From: Octopus vulgaris | Taxonomy: Eukaryota | NCBI GenBank assembly: GCA_951406725.2 | Contig: OX597819.1 | Span: 120,776,001-120,840,000 of the forward strand | Length of the DNA stretch: 64,000 nucleotides | Direction of reading: 5' to 3' | Shown here: one piece after another, positions 13,211-29,765 of the stretch | How positions within the stretch are numbered: the stretch's first letter is position 1 | Layout of the letters: each line of letters starts with the position of its first letter | The notes under the pieces: model-generated | Told to the model about the DNA's origin: nothing | Seen by the model: the letters and a program-made list of their open reading frames with translations, nothing else | Databases searched by the model: none | Program-made: the position numbers and the translations under genes

Positions 13211-14320
13211 CGTGGATCAAAAAGAGGCCGAGGAAGGGCGATTGGCACCGCGAGTGTCGCGTTGCTCTCAAGCAACTCTGCCGTCCTGGGTCGACCTTGA
13301 GTGACTTCAACACAACCAAAGCATTCTATAGGGGTTTAGTGGAGGGGAGGTACGACGACGAGCTCGGGGCGAACCTGGACGTCGACGAGGAGTACCTGAC
13401 CCGCCTGTTCAGGACGACTTTCGGGCCAGGGCCCATGGACAACTTCCAGAGATCCCTGGCCTGGCAGTGCTACCGAGAAGCGCTACCCGTTCGGGATAAG
13501 CTCTACAGACACGGCTCGAGAAACACGGGGCCGACCTGCCCGAGATGCGGTCAGAGCGACGAAACCGTTCTGCACGCACTCGTGCAGTGTCCAACAATTT
13601 CCGACCGGTGGGCTTATGTCGAACAACTGCTGTCACGTGTGGGACGAGTCGGTTTATCAGCTGAGTCTATCGTCAATATTGTCACACCTCCTCCCTTCAA
13701 ACGGGAAGGAAGAGCTATTTTCATCATCCTTGTGGCTATGGCGAAAGAATGTATCTGGTGGACGCGTCTGAAAGGATTGGAGACAAACACTTTCCTCTCT
13801 GGTCAATCTCTCATCAACTTCTTCAAGTACCACTTGAAAAGGAAAGTGAGAGTAGAGAGGCAAGTTTTGTCTAGCGAATGTTTTAAAAAGATGGGTGAAT
13901 GTAGCAAGAATGGCACGTATGAATGACGAAGCCACCTTGAGCATGATCCTATGAACCCAGAAATTGAAAACAGAGAGTTGCTTATTTGCAAAAAAAAAAA
14001 AAAAATATAAAATGTGACTTCATTGACCGAGGTTACCGTGGTCTTTTCCGTAGGCTTTTCTTTGCACGGGTAAACCTCACCTGTCCTCCCCTTTACACTT
14101 CATATTGACATTTCTGTGATAACGATCCCTATTGATCATTTTTTTCCTCTCCCCCTTTTTTTTTTTAACCCCCTTTTTTTGGTCCTCTTTCTCTCCTTTT
14201 ACGATCCCTTTTGATCGAAACCCCCGTTACTTTTTTTTTTTTTTTTAAACCTTCAAAAGAAAAGCTCTACCTTGTAATTTGTTCTATCTGTGTGCAGCCC
14301 TGTGTGGCTAATAAAGAAAC
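13211..14320 (+). mobile_element. L1/Tx1-like LINE, 5'-truncated copy 2
   Basis: Near-identical to 11702-12820; same 3' end AATAAAGAAAC; starts ~290 bp further into the ORF; homopolymer frameshift at ~13885. Confidence 0.9.
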
Positions 14321-14321
14321 A

Positions 14322-14394
<73 letters not shown>

Positions 14395-14420
14395 ATGTAT
14401 ATACATATCTATCTATCTAC

Positions 14421-14508
<88 letters not shown>

Positions 14509-14550
14509 TTATCTATCTATCTATGTATATACATATCTATACATATCTAC

Positions 14551-14623
<73 letters not shown>

Positions 14624-15161
14624 GTTCGTCTATCATCCTTCTTACATTATACATTTAATTACTAACCCAATAACTTTATTTTACCGTCGTCGTCATCATC
14701 ATCACCATCATCATCACCACCACCACCACCACCACCACCACCACCACCACCACCACCACCATCATCATCATCGCCATCTTTATCATAATCATTATAACGT
14801 GATTGAACGGGTTTGTGTCAGGTGGTGGTGGGTGGTGGTCGTGGATGTGGTGGTAGAGGCATTTGTTAGATTTTTCTATTCCAAGATTATATTACGATAT
14901 CATTTGATATTTTACTGTTTGTATCAAATACACTTGATTCCTCGGTGCGACAACACTCAACGAACAAGGCGACGACCTTATGCGTCTATTAGACCCTGAT
15001 AAAAATAAGGTTACGCTGTTAAAAATTCCAACATAAACATACACCCTTTCTATTTCGCTTCCGACCCCTCACCCTTTTAGTCATCCATTTCTCTCTTTCT
15101 CACTCTGTCTATCTGTCTCTGTCTCTCTTTCTGTCTCTGTCTGTCTGTCTGTTTGTCTGTT

Positions 15162-15227
<66 letters not shown>

Positions 15228-15525
15228 CCATTCCTGTTCTATCGCTTTCTTTTCCTTCGCCTCAATCAAACTCTATCTATTTCAATTTCCAGCTAATAGT
15301 TGCGGTAGCACTTCCCACTCTACTCCGTTTTTACATATTATTCTCACTCTCTCATTATCTCTATCTATCTATCTATCTATATATCTATTACTCTCACTCT
15401 CACTTTCTCGGTGTCTCTCTCACAGTTTTCTCTATCTATATAATTATCAATCTCCATATCCGCATTTAAACAATGAGGTAAATGCATCATAAATACGTAT
15501 TAAATGACTATCGGAGAAAGCCAAG

Positions 15526-15614
15526 CACACGCGAACACTCCCGGGGTCTCCCTCACACGCGAACACTCTCGGGGTCTCCCTCACACGCGAACACTCTCGG
15601 GGTCTCCCTCACAC
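15526..15614. repeat. 28-bp minisatellite x3
   Basis: Unit CACACGCGAACACTC(T/C)CGGGGTCTCCCT repeated three times plus a partial unit. Confidence 0.95.
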
Positions 15615-15893
15615 ACAAACGCTTAAATATATTTTAACGCAAAAACACACATCCACAAACACACGAATATACGCATACATGCACACACATGAAACATATA
15701 ATACACCCACACACACTCATATATATATATATGTATATATATGTATATATATGTATGTATATATATATATATATGACATTGCACAAGCGAGTATATATGT
15801 GCATCACTGAATACGCGCGGGTCATGTATGAGATTGGTTAATCTTTATTTCAAGTAAATCTAGTTTATGTAGATACATACACGCTCAACACTT

Positions 15894-15973
<80 letters not shown>

Positions 15974-16087
15974 GAAACACACAAATGTGTCTGTGTAGAA
16001 ATATATATATACATATATATATATGTGTGTGTATATATATGTATATAGAAACGTATAGACATATATATATGTATATAGAAACGTATA

Positions 16088-16146
<59 letters not shown>

Positions 16147-16278
16147 ATATACACACACACACACACGTATATATATATGTACATATCTATCTATCGATAT
16201 ATTTATATATATGTGTGTATATATGCATACATATATGTATATGAACATATGTATATATATATACATATATATATGTAC

Positions 16279-16339
<61 letters not shown>

Positions 16340-16930
16340 CATATATATATATACACTTGTGAGAGGACGTATGCATAGCTGGCTGTTGGTATTTGATATG
16401 CGATTATATTAGAACAATGATAGTGAAACGTTGTATGATGGACATTATCTGTATATCTCATCATCTTAATGCAAGCGTTTTCAGTCCAGCAAACGATAAA
16501 CAACTTTGTTAGCAAACTGAAAACGAAATAAATCTGAATTGATGGATGACTTGACCTATTGTGAGATCGGGTATCTAAAGCCCTTCACTTTCTAACGTCC
16601 GAGTTAATATTCGTTTATAGCTTACTTTATACGCCGGTTCGTCCACTTGCTTTCCACAATGGAAGAGGGGAGAAGCTAAAAATAAATATAAAAATGAAGA
16701 AATAAAAAAAATTACATACCAATATTTATAAGAAACAATAAGAAAAGCGTATACGACGACCAGGAAGAATGTACTTGATGGCTTTGATGCCGGATTCATT
16801 TTTAGGAGTGGAATGTTTGTTAAAATGTATGACCGAACTTACGGCCAGTTAGAAGAAAGTTTTAAGCAAGTTTCTTTGTATCGATATCTATGAAACATGT
16901 TCGCGATTATTTTTATGTGCATACGCATAT

Positions 16931-18165
<1,235 letters not shown>

Positions 18166-18334
18166 AAAAAAAAATGGAGGTAGACCTTGCTACGTGACTA
18201 CAACGATACTTAGCGACTTATCTTATCCACTACCCTGCATTTTCCGAGTAGCAGGAATTTTCGATGCAAGAACAAATGTCGCTCACTTACTCATTGTCTT
18301 ATGTTTTATAAAATTTCAAATAATCGTTTATATT

Positions 18335-18545
18335 GCTTTCAAGTTCTGGCACAAAGTCAGCTTTTTGTGGGAGGGATTACGTCGTTTACATCGAGTCTAG
18401 TACTCAAGTGGTACTTATTATTTTCTCGACCCCGAAAGATGAGTTCAAATTCCTGGGTGGAATTTGAACTCAGAACGGAAAGATAGAGAAATGGCACTAA
18501 GTATTCTGAACGGCGCGGTAGCGATTCTACCAGCACTTCGTCTTA
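18335..18545 (-). mobile_element. old SINE family A monomer
   Basis: GAATTTGAACTCAGAACG, CGACCCCGAAAGATG and tail-2 remnants. Confidence 0.7.
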
Positions 18546-18760
18546 AATAATCGTTCATATTAGACTCATCTCTGGGTCAGAGCATGCCTGGGGACAATAG
18601 TGGCGAAGATACGGTTCCACACTACTCTCTTCAAAGTCCTGGAACGCCCGAAATTGGGCTGTTACCGGATGCAGTTTAGAGTCTATCAGGATGCCTCAAC
18701 ATTGTACTCGATACACATACATACATACATACATACATACATACATACATACATACATAG

Positions 18761-19492
18761 AAACATGTCTAGATATGCAACTATAGGCATGAGAATCATA
18801 CATAAAGCAAAACATACAAATATGCACATATACATACATATGTACATACATACATGCATACAAACAAAACTATCTTGTTGCTGATGTTGAAATTCCAATG
18901 AAGGGGCCTTGGATCTCGGTTAGAAACCGGATCCTTCTCTATTGGCAAGAAATCATGAAATAAAACTGAACAATGACATACATACATACGTACGTACACA
19001 CGCATACATAGATACACACGCATACATACATACACAGGCACAAAAACATACACATATACATACGTACATACACATATACATACGTACATACGTATATACA
19101 TACACACGCATGCATACATACATACATACACGCATAAATACACACGCTTTAATGCATACACATATACGTACGTACATACGTAAATACATACGCACGCATA
19201 CATACACACGCATTAATGCATACATACACATATGCAAAGAAGCATGCATGCTTAACAAAAAAGCATGGATACATACATACATACATACTTACACACATAC
19301 ATACATACATACATACATACATACATACATACATACATACATACATACATACATACATACATACATACATACATACAAACAAAAATACCCTGTCGTTGAT
19401 GTTGAAATTCCAGTGAAGGAGCCTTGGATCTGAGTTAGAAACCGTTCTTTCTCTATTGGCAAGAAGTCTTGAAAGAAACTGAATAATGACAT
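18761..19492 (+). mobile_element. Penelope-like family P1, tandem pseudo-LTR copies in (CATA)n
   Basis: Reverse complement of 301-610; the hammerhead-like block is present twice (18860-18980, 19376-19492), separated by (CATA)n-derived sequence. Confidence 0.6.
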
Positions 19493-19550
19493 ACATACAT
19501 AGAGATAGACAGACAAACAGAAAGACAGACGCATAGATTGATAGACAAAG

Positions 19551-19621
<71 letters not shown>

Positions 19622-20599
19622 CTCGAACGAAGAAGGCGTTAATAAATAAATAAAATTTAATAAATAAAATTAGATGGAACTTGAAGAATAGGGAGACCAA
19701 GAACAAGAAGCACAAGGAACGAGATGTGAAGGATGATCTCTGGAACTAGGACATCACGGAGATGACGAAGCATGTATTGGGGTTGATAATATAAGTCCCA
19801 GTTAAGCACTGGGGTCAATGTAATTCACTTACCTAGGCCCCTAAAACTCCGGGCCTTGTGCTAAAGTTGGAAGCCATCATTATTGTTGTTGTTGTTTTTA
19901 TTCTTGTTCTTGAGAATGTTATCTGTCCTGATTACACGTTGAGTTTTTTTCGCTTTCGCAACTGACACACGAAGACCTATTCTTTGAAAAATTTTCAAAA
20001 ATTTTCAAAAATTTTACCAATGTCTAAACGTTACTGACTTCATTTCATTATCGGAACATTATCGAACATTCCATTTATCTATTATTTATTTATTGATGTA
20101 TTTGTTTATGTATTTATTTAGCTATTTCTTTCTTTATTTTCTGGTATGAATTGACAACGTTTAGATTTTAACACCTTCTTGAAGTTGAATATCAGCACAA
20201 GAAATGTCTTACAAGAAATTACATTAACATTTTCACATGTTTCTTTTCTTTTTTTTTTTTTTTGTCATAAACAATTATTTAAGTAGGCAAATGCTATTTT
20301 TTTAATTCAATTCTTTATGTTAGGTCTATTTAGACAACATCTGTAATGGCGGACAACTAAATAATGCCACTGAAAGCAAAGGAAAAAACCAAACAAACTA
20401 GATATTCTTTTATTCTTTTATACGTTTCAGCCCAAAAACTATGGCCATATTGGAGCACGAAGCATATTTTGTATCAGTATATGCACGATTTTCAAAAAAG
20501 GAGAGCATTTTTTCTGTGATTTCAATGGACTTTAACAACAACACCGTTAACAAGTTTGGCATTCGCACAGACACAAATACCGCCATTCATTTTACCCAC

Positions 20600-21480
20600 T
20601 TATGAAATCAATTTTGATGGTTTTCCTCCTTTCTCATTTGAAATTTCATTTATCTGTATCAAGCAGAGTCTCAAACGGATTCGGAAAAATACGTACTTTC
20701 AGAAACGGGCAGAAAGGAAGCTGATCTATATTTGTCTCACAAAGAAAGGGCTCTTTCACTGTATCCTCAAAAGAGCACCTAAAGGAAGCCCCAGCAAATA
20801 TTTTGGCTATAAATTTGCATATATAGAAGGGAAAAAACCTATCGAATAATCTGCAATTGATGGCGTCATTAAGTAGGTTTTTTTCTTAATGTAATCACAA
20901 CTAGACAAAAGTAATCGTGGCTCATGATTGTTTCTGGAAGCATCTTCTACTTATAAATAATCGTCCTTCTTGTAGTTTAGTATATTAATATAGCGTGACA
21001 GACACACTTATTTATGAATTTGGTTGCTTTATTTGTGTGCTGTGTCCGGAGAATATAGGAGTGTAATATATTGTCTCCATTCAGAATCCAGAATCTGGGT
21101 TCACAGCTCTCTCGTTGGTCGAATTATTTCTTAATGTATTTCTGAAACGAAGCGGGACAAAAACCTACAATAATACAAGCATATTCCAGAAAAAGTGGCT
21201 CGGCTGTGTTTGACTGTACTTGATGTCTAACTATACGCTTATTTCATTTCAGAAACACAGTACGTTTGTTCATAAATACACTAAATGCTTTCCCTCAACA
21301 TTTCTGCTTAGGATGTTTCAGTTTCGTATCATATTGTTCTGGCCTTCATTGTGATTCAGACTTATCAGTTTACATTATGCGTTCATAATCTACTCATGTC
21401 GAATTTAACATACATTTTTGCTAGATCAGTAAAATATGGAAGCAAGAAATAGATTTATTTAATCCATTACTTCCTCCGAT
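20600..21480 (-). pseudogene. decayed hAT (Charlie/Buster-like) transposase remnant
   Basis: Minus strand FLPVSESTYFSESV at 20672-20715 resembles the hAT dimerization motif LLPFxSTYLCESxFS; LPYFTDL at ~21422-21443 resembles LAYLxDI; many stops. Confidence 0.45.
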
Positions 21481-21648
21481 AGAATATATCGTTTTGTGTT
21501 CCTAATACTACTCAACATGTCTATCAAGTTTCCAACATTTTCATGGGAGTTTCTACCGTAACATCACGTACATCTTCTCGATCCTTACACTTGTACAGAA
21601 TTGTCTTTCGTAGTATATTATTCTAGTGTTATGTTGCTTCCTCTATAA

Positions 21649-21711
<63 letters not shown>

Positions 21712-22067
21712 GATAGCTAGATAGATAGATAGATGTAGGTATCAACAAGAGGTTGTCGCCCTTTGACCGCTACTAAATGACCATGTTGGCGTCTGGATCC
21801 TAGAACACCAGCAAGAATTTCATGAAGTGCAAGCAAGGTCCGAAGACATCTGACCGCGAGTTACGGATGTCCCCCTGGTCTGGGAGTCCTTTAATATCCT
21901 CGTCCGTTCGGCTATGCACTGCTTAAATGTTTGGTGCCATTGATGTTGGGGGCCTAGATTTTACAGGAACCATCATGGGAAATCCGTCATCTTTCAGCCA
22001 CAGCTACGTAACTGATTCGCTTGAATCCTGAAGTCTATCTTACAGATGCACACACACACGCATACAA

Positions 22068-22100
<33 letters not shown>

Positions 22101-22699
22101 TATTCATGAACGAATTAATAACTTTGTATAAATCTTATTTCACTACGTTAACTCGCGAGTTTATAACATCGTAATATAAATAGCCTAAATTTACTCTTCC
22201 CCAAAAGTCTACCATGCAAAAAAGTGTATCTCCCCACACTAAAGTTCAATTACCTCCCCTGTCTCGAATAATAAAAATCCCCAATTATCTTTTCTTAGAT
22301 TTTTCCTACATGCTGGTTCATCTACTAACAAACTCTCATACGAGCAACTTCCACTAAAAACTCGTTAAGATAACACGAAATTGCAATATTTTCACCAAAT
22401 TCAATGTTATGATAAGTGAAACGAGAAACAGGTAGAATATCATAATGCTCTATCCTTAATGTATAAATTGTGTGCTTTTACTTTCTTTTGTTATATATTC
22501 TTTCATTACAACTCACAAATTTTTTACAATACATACATACATATAGACAGACAGACAGATAGACAGAAAGACATATATATATATATATATATATGAGTAG
22601 TTGAATGAATTATCTTATTAAGGATAATTCGAATTAACCGATACCGAAACATATGTATATATGTATGTATGTATATGTTTGTGTGTCTTTGTGTCTTCA

Positions 22700-22792
<93 letters not shown>

Positions 22793-23404
22793 TCAAAATA
22801 AGCCAGAAGGAGGATATCCAAAGTAGAGTAGTACAATTGTTTCATGCTATTTCATTTCATTAAACACTGTAGGTATTACATCAGTTTTAAAATGTCGAGC
22901 AATCTTCAGCCACATATAGAATTTTTTATTATAATCACCCCATTTGATTTTCATGGATAATACCATGCAAAATTCTGGTGCCTTTAATTATATATATATA
23001 TATGCCCTCCGCAAAATTCCAATTTTTATATAATTTGCTTTGCAGGAGCAACTCTTTTGTCGAAGCCATATGTTGTCGTGAATTACTCCAAATATGGATT
23101 AGAAAACAGCTGGCAACTGATTAAGGGTCGTTCCTTTCGTTGTTTGATTTGTTTTACATTTGTTTCTTTAGTTATTCGCAAAAGAATTCATATTCCATGT
23201 CCTCGTATTTCGTATTTTTGTTGTTTACGTTTTGTGATGTCCTGTACCCACATATGCATATGTATATACGTATATATATTATTTATATTATTATATATGT
23301 GTGTGTGTGTATGTGTGTGTGTGTATGTGTTATGATAAGTGAAACGGGAAACCGGTAGACTAGTGTCATATTCTTTCCTTAACTAAATTTAAAATTTGCA
23401 TAAG

Positions 23405-24235
<831 letters not shown>

Positions 24236-24246
24236 TATATATTTGG

Positions 24247-24296
<50 letters not shown>

Positions 24297-24999
24297 GTTT
24301 GTTATTGGTGCTGTTGTAGTTACTTCGGCATTTGTAGCTGTGTAATAGCCCCAGGACTGGTATAATAGAGCAAGACTATGATTAAATATGCATTAGTACC
24401 AAACTATTTCAATGTGATCTTTTAGCTAAGAACCTTGATTGTAATGTTAGCTTTATATGGCAACCATTTTTGACTGCTCTGCCCCTACATTGTAGCCCCC
24501 TGGTACATTCACTCTATGCAAGCCTTGCTTATATACGTGTTTGAATAGATCACCGAATGTATCCCTTAATGGTTTTCTAGGGATTTGCACGAAATAAATA
24601 ATGGAATGAGAAAATATCTTTCAAAAAAGAAATCTCATAAACACGTGGACGTTCTTTAAAAATGTCTTTATCTTTTCCATATATGAGCCAAGCTGGAGTT
24701 GGTGAGCTTGGATATGTAAATACATAAATGTGTGTCTAAGAAATTATGATTTGAATGTGTGTGCATGTGCTTGTAAATATGGTTTAACTGTGTTCGTATA
24801 TGGTTGTGTGTGTGTATATGCATACATAATTACATACACATACATACATAGACACACAGACACACATATATATGTATCTCTCTCTCACTTTATATATGTG
24901 TGTGAGTGTCTGTGGATAAATGTATGTATATATATGTATACACATACATATATATATATATACACATGTACAGGTAAATATATATATATATACATGCGT

Positions 25000-25035
<36 letters not shown>

Positions 25036-25053
25036 CATCATACTTAATATATA

Positions 25054-25113
<60 letters not shown>

Positions 25114-25291
25114 TATATATATATAGGTTTAATATTCCTGTTACATTGTAATAAAATGGATGTTGATGATATTACTATATATATCCATAAAACACTACCC
25201 CATACCAACAAATATCCTTACAACACACCTGTATATCTACGTACACAAATATACACACGTATATACACCCACAGTCACAAATGCATACATT

Positions 25292-25323
<32 letters not shown>

Positions 25324-25482
25324 CGTAATATATGCTAACTTTAGGTGTGTATACTTGTCTATACGTACGTTATGTAAGTATATTTAATTGTACATTATTG
25401 AAGATCTAAATTTGGTATTCTATTACCCCAACTCCTCACAAATGTATGTTTGTGGGGAGGAAATGAGGGGAAGAAAGGAAGG

Positions 25483-25514
<32 letters not shown>

Positions 25515-26367
25515 AAACTGAAAGGATGCGAGAGAGAGAGAGAGAGAAAGAAAACTGAAAGGGTGCGAGAGAGAGAGAGAGAGAAGGAGATTCGGTGTGA
25601 CAGGCGAGAAAAGACAGACATAATCAGATATATAAACATCCACGCTTACACAAGAAATATATTCGCATACCCAGAACCACACATATATAGACAGATGTTT
25701 TATTACAATAGAAAAATGCATTGATGGGTATCCGAGTACATATGTATATATATATATATAACAGAAGCTCTGCAACCATTGTCGGTACGCGAGTGAAACG
25801 CATCGCCATCCTCAAACCCGTCATTCGTTTCGCCTGACAATTTCAACGTTATTCCCACCTCCATCTTGAAAACTCTATTTTACATACTGTGCAAATGCAA
25901 TTGATGGTGATGTAGCTGATGATACGGGTAGCGCTACGGGTGGTGATGGGCGTGCTAAGAGTATTTAAGAGTATTAAGACTGTTAGGGTTGGATTAGGGG
26001 GTGTAAGCGACTGTCTTATTATATCATAAATGTTTTAATGTACCACACTCAGCAACATCGCTTCACCGCTTTACTTCCAGATAAATCGTTTTAACACTGT
26101 GTATAATTTCCTGAGCCCTTATTCTCTCTCCCTCTCTCTCGCATTCCTTCTCTCTCTCTGTCTCTCTACTCCCTCTCTCTCTTTTACTCTTCCTTTTCTA
26201 CTTTTATCAGTGTATCTTTCAAATTATATATTACTACACATATATATATATACAGGCATACACCCGAATACCTACTCAAATGTATACGAATATGCATTAA
26301 AATTTGTTTTACTCTCTCTCCTTTTATATATTTATAAAACGCGAATACCTGTATATATGTATATATA

Positions 26368-26449
<82 letters not shown>

Positions 26450-26451
26450 GT

Positions 26452-26495
<44 letters not shown>

Positions 26496-26672
26496 CTTTT
26501 ATATGTAGTCATATATTGTTATATATCTATCTTTATTCCTATATAATTATATATATAAATCCTACATGTATACAATTACAAATTTGTCTATACATTTATA
26601 TATATATACTTGTGTGTGTATGTGTATGTGTGTGTGTGTGTGCGTGTGTATATGTATATATGTATGTATGTA

Positions 26673-26713
<41 letters not shown>

Positions 26714-27367
26714 AAATATATGATGATTGTATATATACATATACGTCCACACACATGCATGCATGCATACGTACATACGTACATACATATATACACACAC
26801 GTATGTATATACGTATACGTATATATATATATGTGCGCGCACACACGTTTACGTGTAAAACGTTTGTGAATCAATGTTTGCGTATGTCTTCACTCAGAAC
26901 CCGATTCCATCCAGCCAGGCTCTCACTAAACCTCTTTACAATTTTTCATTCATTCATCCAGGCAGATTCTAAGACTTTCTCCTATAAAAACCCTGCCTTG
27001 GCTACATATACTTTAATAGCGATTCTACGTCTCTTCACATAATTTCCTCCTTCACATACAACACTTCTGTCAACATTAATCTCTTTTCCTCTATAAATAT
27101 AAACTTACTTTTCTTTTCCCCCGTGGACTGAATTTTGAAGGCAATCTAACAGAAACATATCCGAAATTTTGTGAAAGATATTTGTATTTTTCTTGAGTAC
27201 TTGTATCAATACGGTGGCGGAGAGAAAGAGACTTGGAGAAAAAGGAAGGAATTATGAAAATATTTCGTAATTAAATGAATATGGAAATTTGTGTGTGCAA
27301 CCACATATAACGCATTCATATATGTATACACAAAGATATATATATATATATATACATACATATACAC

Positions 27368-27404
<37 letters not shown>

Positions 27405-27602
27405 TATATATAAGTACATACACATATATTTACATATCTATATATACATACATATAGGTAAACGTACACACACACACACACACACACACACATGGGTAGA
27501 TATAAATATCTATATCATGAGATTTTATTTCTCATTTCACGATTCCTTTGTTTCTAAAAATAATTATATATGTGTATATATGCAAGTATGTACATATATA
27601 TG

Positions 27603-27641
<39 letters not shown>

Positions 27642-27704
27642 GTATACATATATATATATATATGTATATATTTGTGTGTATATATATGTATGTATATATA
27701 TATG

Positions 27705-27787
<83 letters not shown>

Positions 27788-28283
27788 GTATATATATATA
27801 CGTATGTGCGTATTACATGCCTCACTCATGCACCCGTGTATTACGTCGTATACGCATGTTTATCTCTGTGTTTGCTACGAAGCTCTTTGGAAAATGAAGC
27901 ATTTCTTTCTTAAGGAACCGAAAGGTAATTATTTCATAGCGACAAAATCTGATGAAAACAATTTTATTACATTTTCTAAAAACATGTCAATAACTAACAA
28001 AACACGCGAGTTTCGTTTTGCTTCCAACGTAATGTGATCGTTTACTCACACAAAAATAGGCATTCATATATATATATATATATATATCAACGTCCATACA
28101 CACACACACATATATATTTATCCACATCCGTACAAACACACACACACACACGATCTCCCACACTCTTGCATACACATACGTGCATATATATATATTATTA
28201 TATATATATGTATATGCACAATTAACTACACCTCCGCGTGTACATTAATCCTAGTATGGGGAATATATGTATTTCTTCTATAC

Positions 28284-28437
28284 ATACATGTATATATGTA
28301 TGAGTGTGTGTCTATTTGTATGTATGTATTTATATATACAAAATTATACACACATATATATGCGCATAAATATATATACATATACATTTATACATATATA
28401 CACACATACATGCATATATATACACATACATACATAC

Positions 28438-28503
<66 letters not shown>

Positions 28504-28666
28504 ATACATGTATATATGTATGAGTGTGTGTCTATTTGTATGTATGTATTTATATATACAAAATTATACACACATATATACGCGCATAAATATATATACA
28601 TATACATTTATACATATATACACACATACATGCATATATATACACATACATACATACATATATATG

Positions 28667-28710
<44 letters not shown>
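28284..28710. repeat. ~219-bp tandem duplication of decayed microsatellite sequence
   Basis: ATGAGTGTGTGTCTATTTGTATGTATGTATTTATATATACAAAATTATACAC occurs at ~28300 and ~28520. Confidence 0.9.
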
Positions 28711-28713
<3 letters not shown>

Positions 28714-29020
28714 TAATCGGACAATAATCTGATAGCTCTGCGTCGGCAAGAATAGAAAAAAATATAGAAAAACGTGAAAAGGGTTCAGTGAACTCACCGT
28801 GAGGAGTGGAGTATACAAGGTTTCGGATTCAGCCTTTGTCAGGGGGAAGAGAAAAAGAGAAGAAAAGGAGAAAAAAAGTCAGTTTATAGCTTCTCAACAT
28901 GGGACCAGTATTTCCGACTCGAATCATATATAACAGACTTACCCCAAATTGTTGTTAAAGTACAGGCAAAATGGAGTCAAAACCGGCTAGTTTGTACAAG
29001 CATCGAATCGCAGAATTTGC

Positions 29021-29262
29021 AATAATGAACTCAAAGCAAATTTTGAAATCATTGAATGCGCACGTTTACAGTTTGCGTTATATATAATAGTAAGTGCATC
29101 CATTACGTAAATGTTCCTCAGTTAAACTATTTATCGATTTCGAAATGCCATAACTGAAAAAAGTTTACGTAATGGATATATTTTCTATTTTATATTACGC
29201 AAAATTGAAACGTACGTATTAAACGATTTTAAAATATCATTATTTGGTGTGGCTTCATTATT
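29021..29262. mobile_element. old fold-back (palindromic) MITE-like element
   Basis: Nested inverted matches: AATAATGAA/TTCATTATT, TTTGCGTTATATA/TATATTACGCAAA, ATCCATTACGTAAA/TTTACGTAATGGAT, TCAGTTA/TAACTGA; centre ~29137. Confidence 0.7.
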
Positions 29263-29564
29263 AAAACTTAAACAGACACACGCACACACGAAGTTTTTCC
29301 TCTGCCAGATCAACTTCTTTATGTATGATTTTCTTTGCCATTTTCTGTAATCCAGAGTGTGCCGGTGACTATGTGACTTGACAGTGAAATCCTGACCCTG
29401 CGAAATACATATTTACATCAACTTTTCCCGCCAATATGTTTGCTCTTACACGTGAGCTTTTGATTCTTGCATTAATAAGGACCCCAACGCAATCTGCACA
29501 TTTTCTTATATTTTTGAATTTACGCATACTACTTCTTTTCCGGCCAGTATTAGACCACGTATAT

Positions 29565-29765
29565 CACCAGTTGGCTAACCATTAGCACCTCGGGCGAAAT
29601 GCCTAGCCGTATTTCGTCTGCCGTTACGTTCTGAGTTCAAATTCCGCCAAGGTCGACTTTGCCTTTCATTCAGTTACGCACTGGGGTCGATGTAATCGAC
29701 TTAATCCGCTTGTCTGTCATTGTTTGTCCCCTCTATGTTTAGCCCCTTGTGGGTAATAAAGAAGC
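29565..29765 (+). mobile_element. SINE family A monomer (internal deletion)
   Basis: Core and tail 1 present; the CCTTTCGGGGTCGATAAATTAAGTAC segment is missing. Confidence 0.85.

Noticed and set aside
11700-13890. Programmed frameshifting in the Tx1-like ORF
   Set aside because: The indels fall in homopolymers and differ between the two copies; mutation or sequencing error is simpler.
12790-13926. 378-aa ORF as an intact gene
   Set aside because: Chance read-through of a LINE 3'UTR and (ATCT)n into the second LINE fragment.
20556-20849. 97-aa plus-strand ORF
   Set aside because: Antisense to the decayed hAT-like remnant; no recognisable motif.
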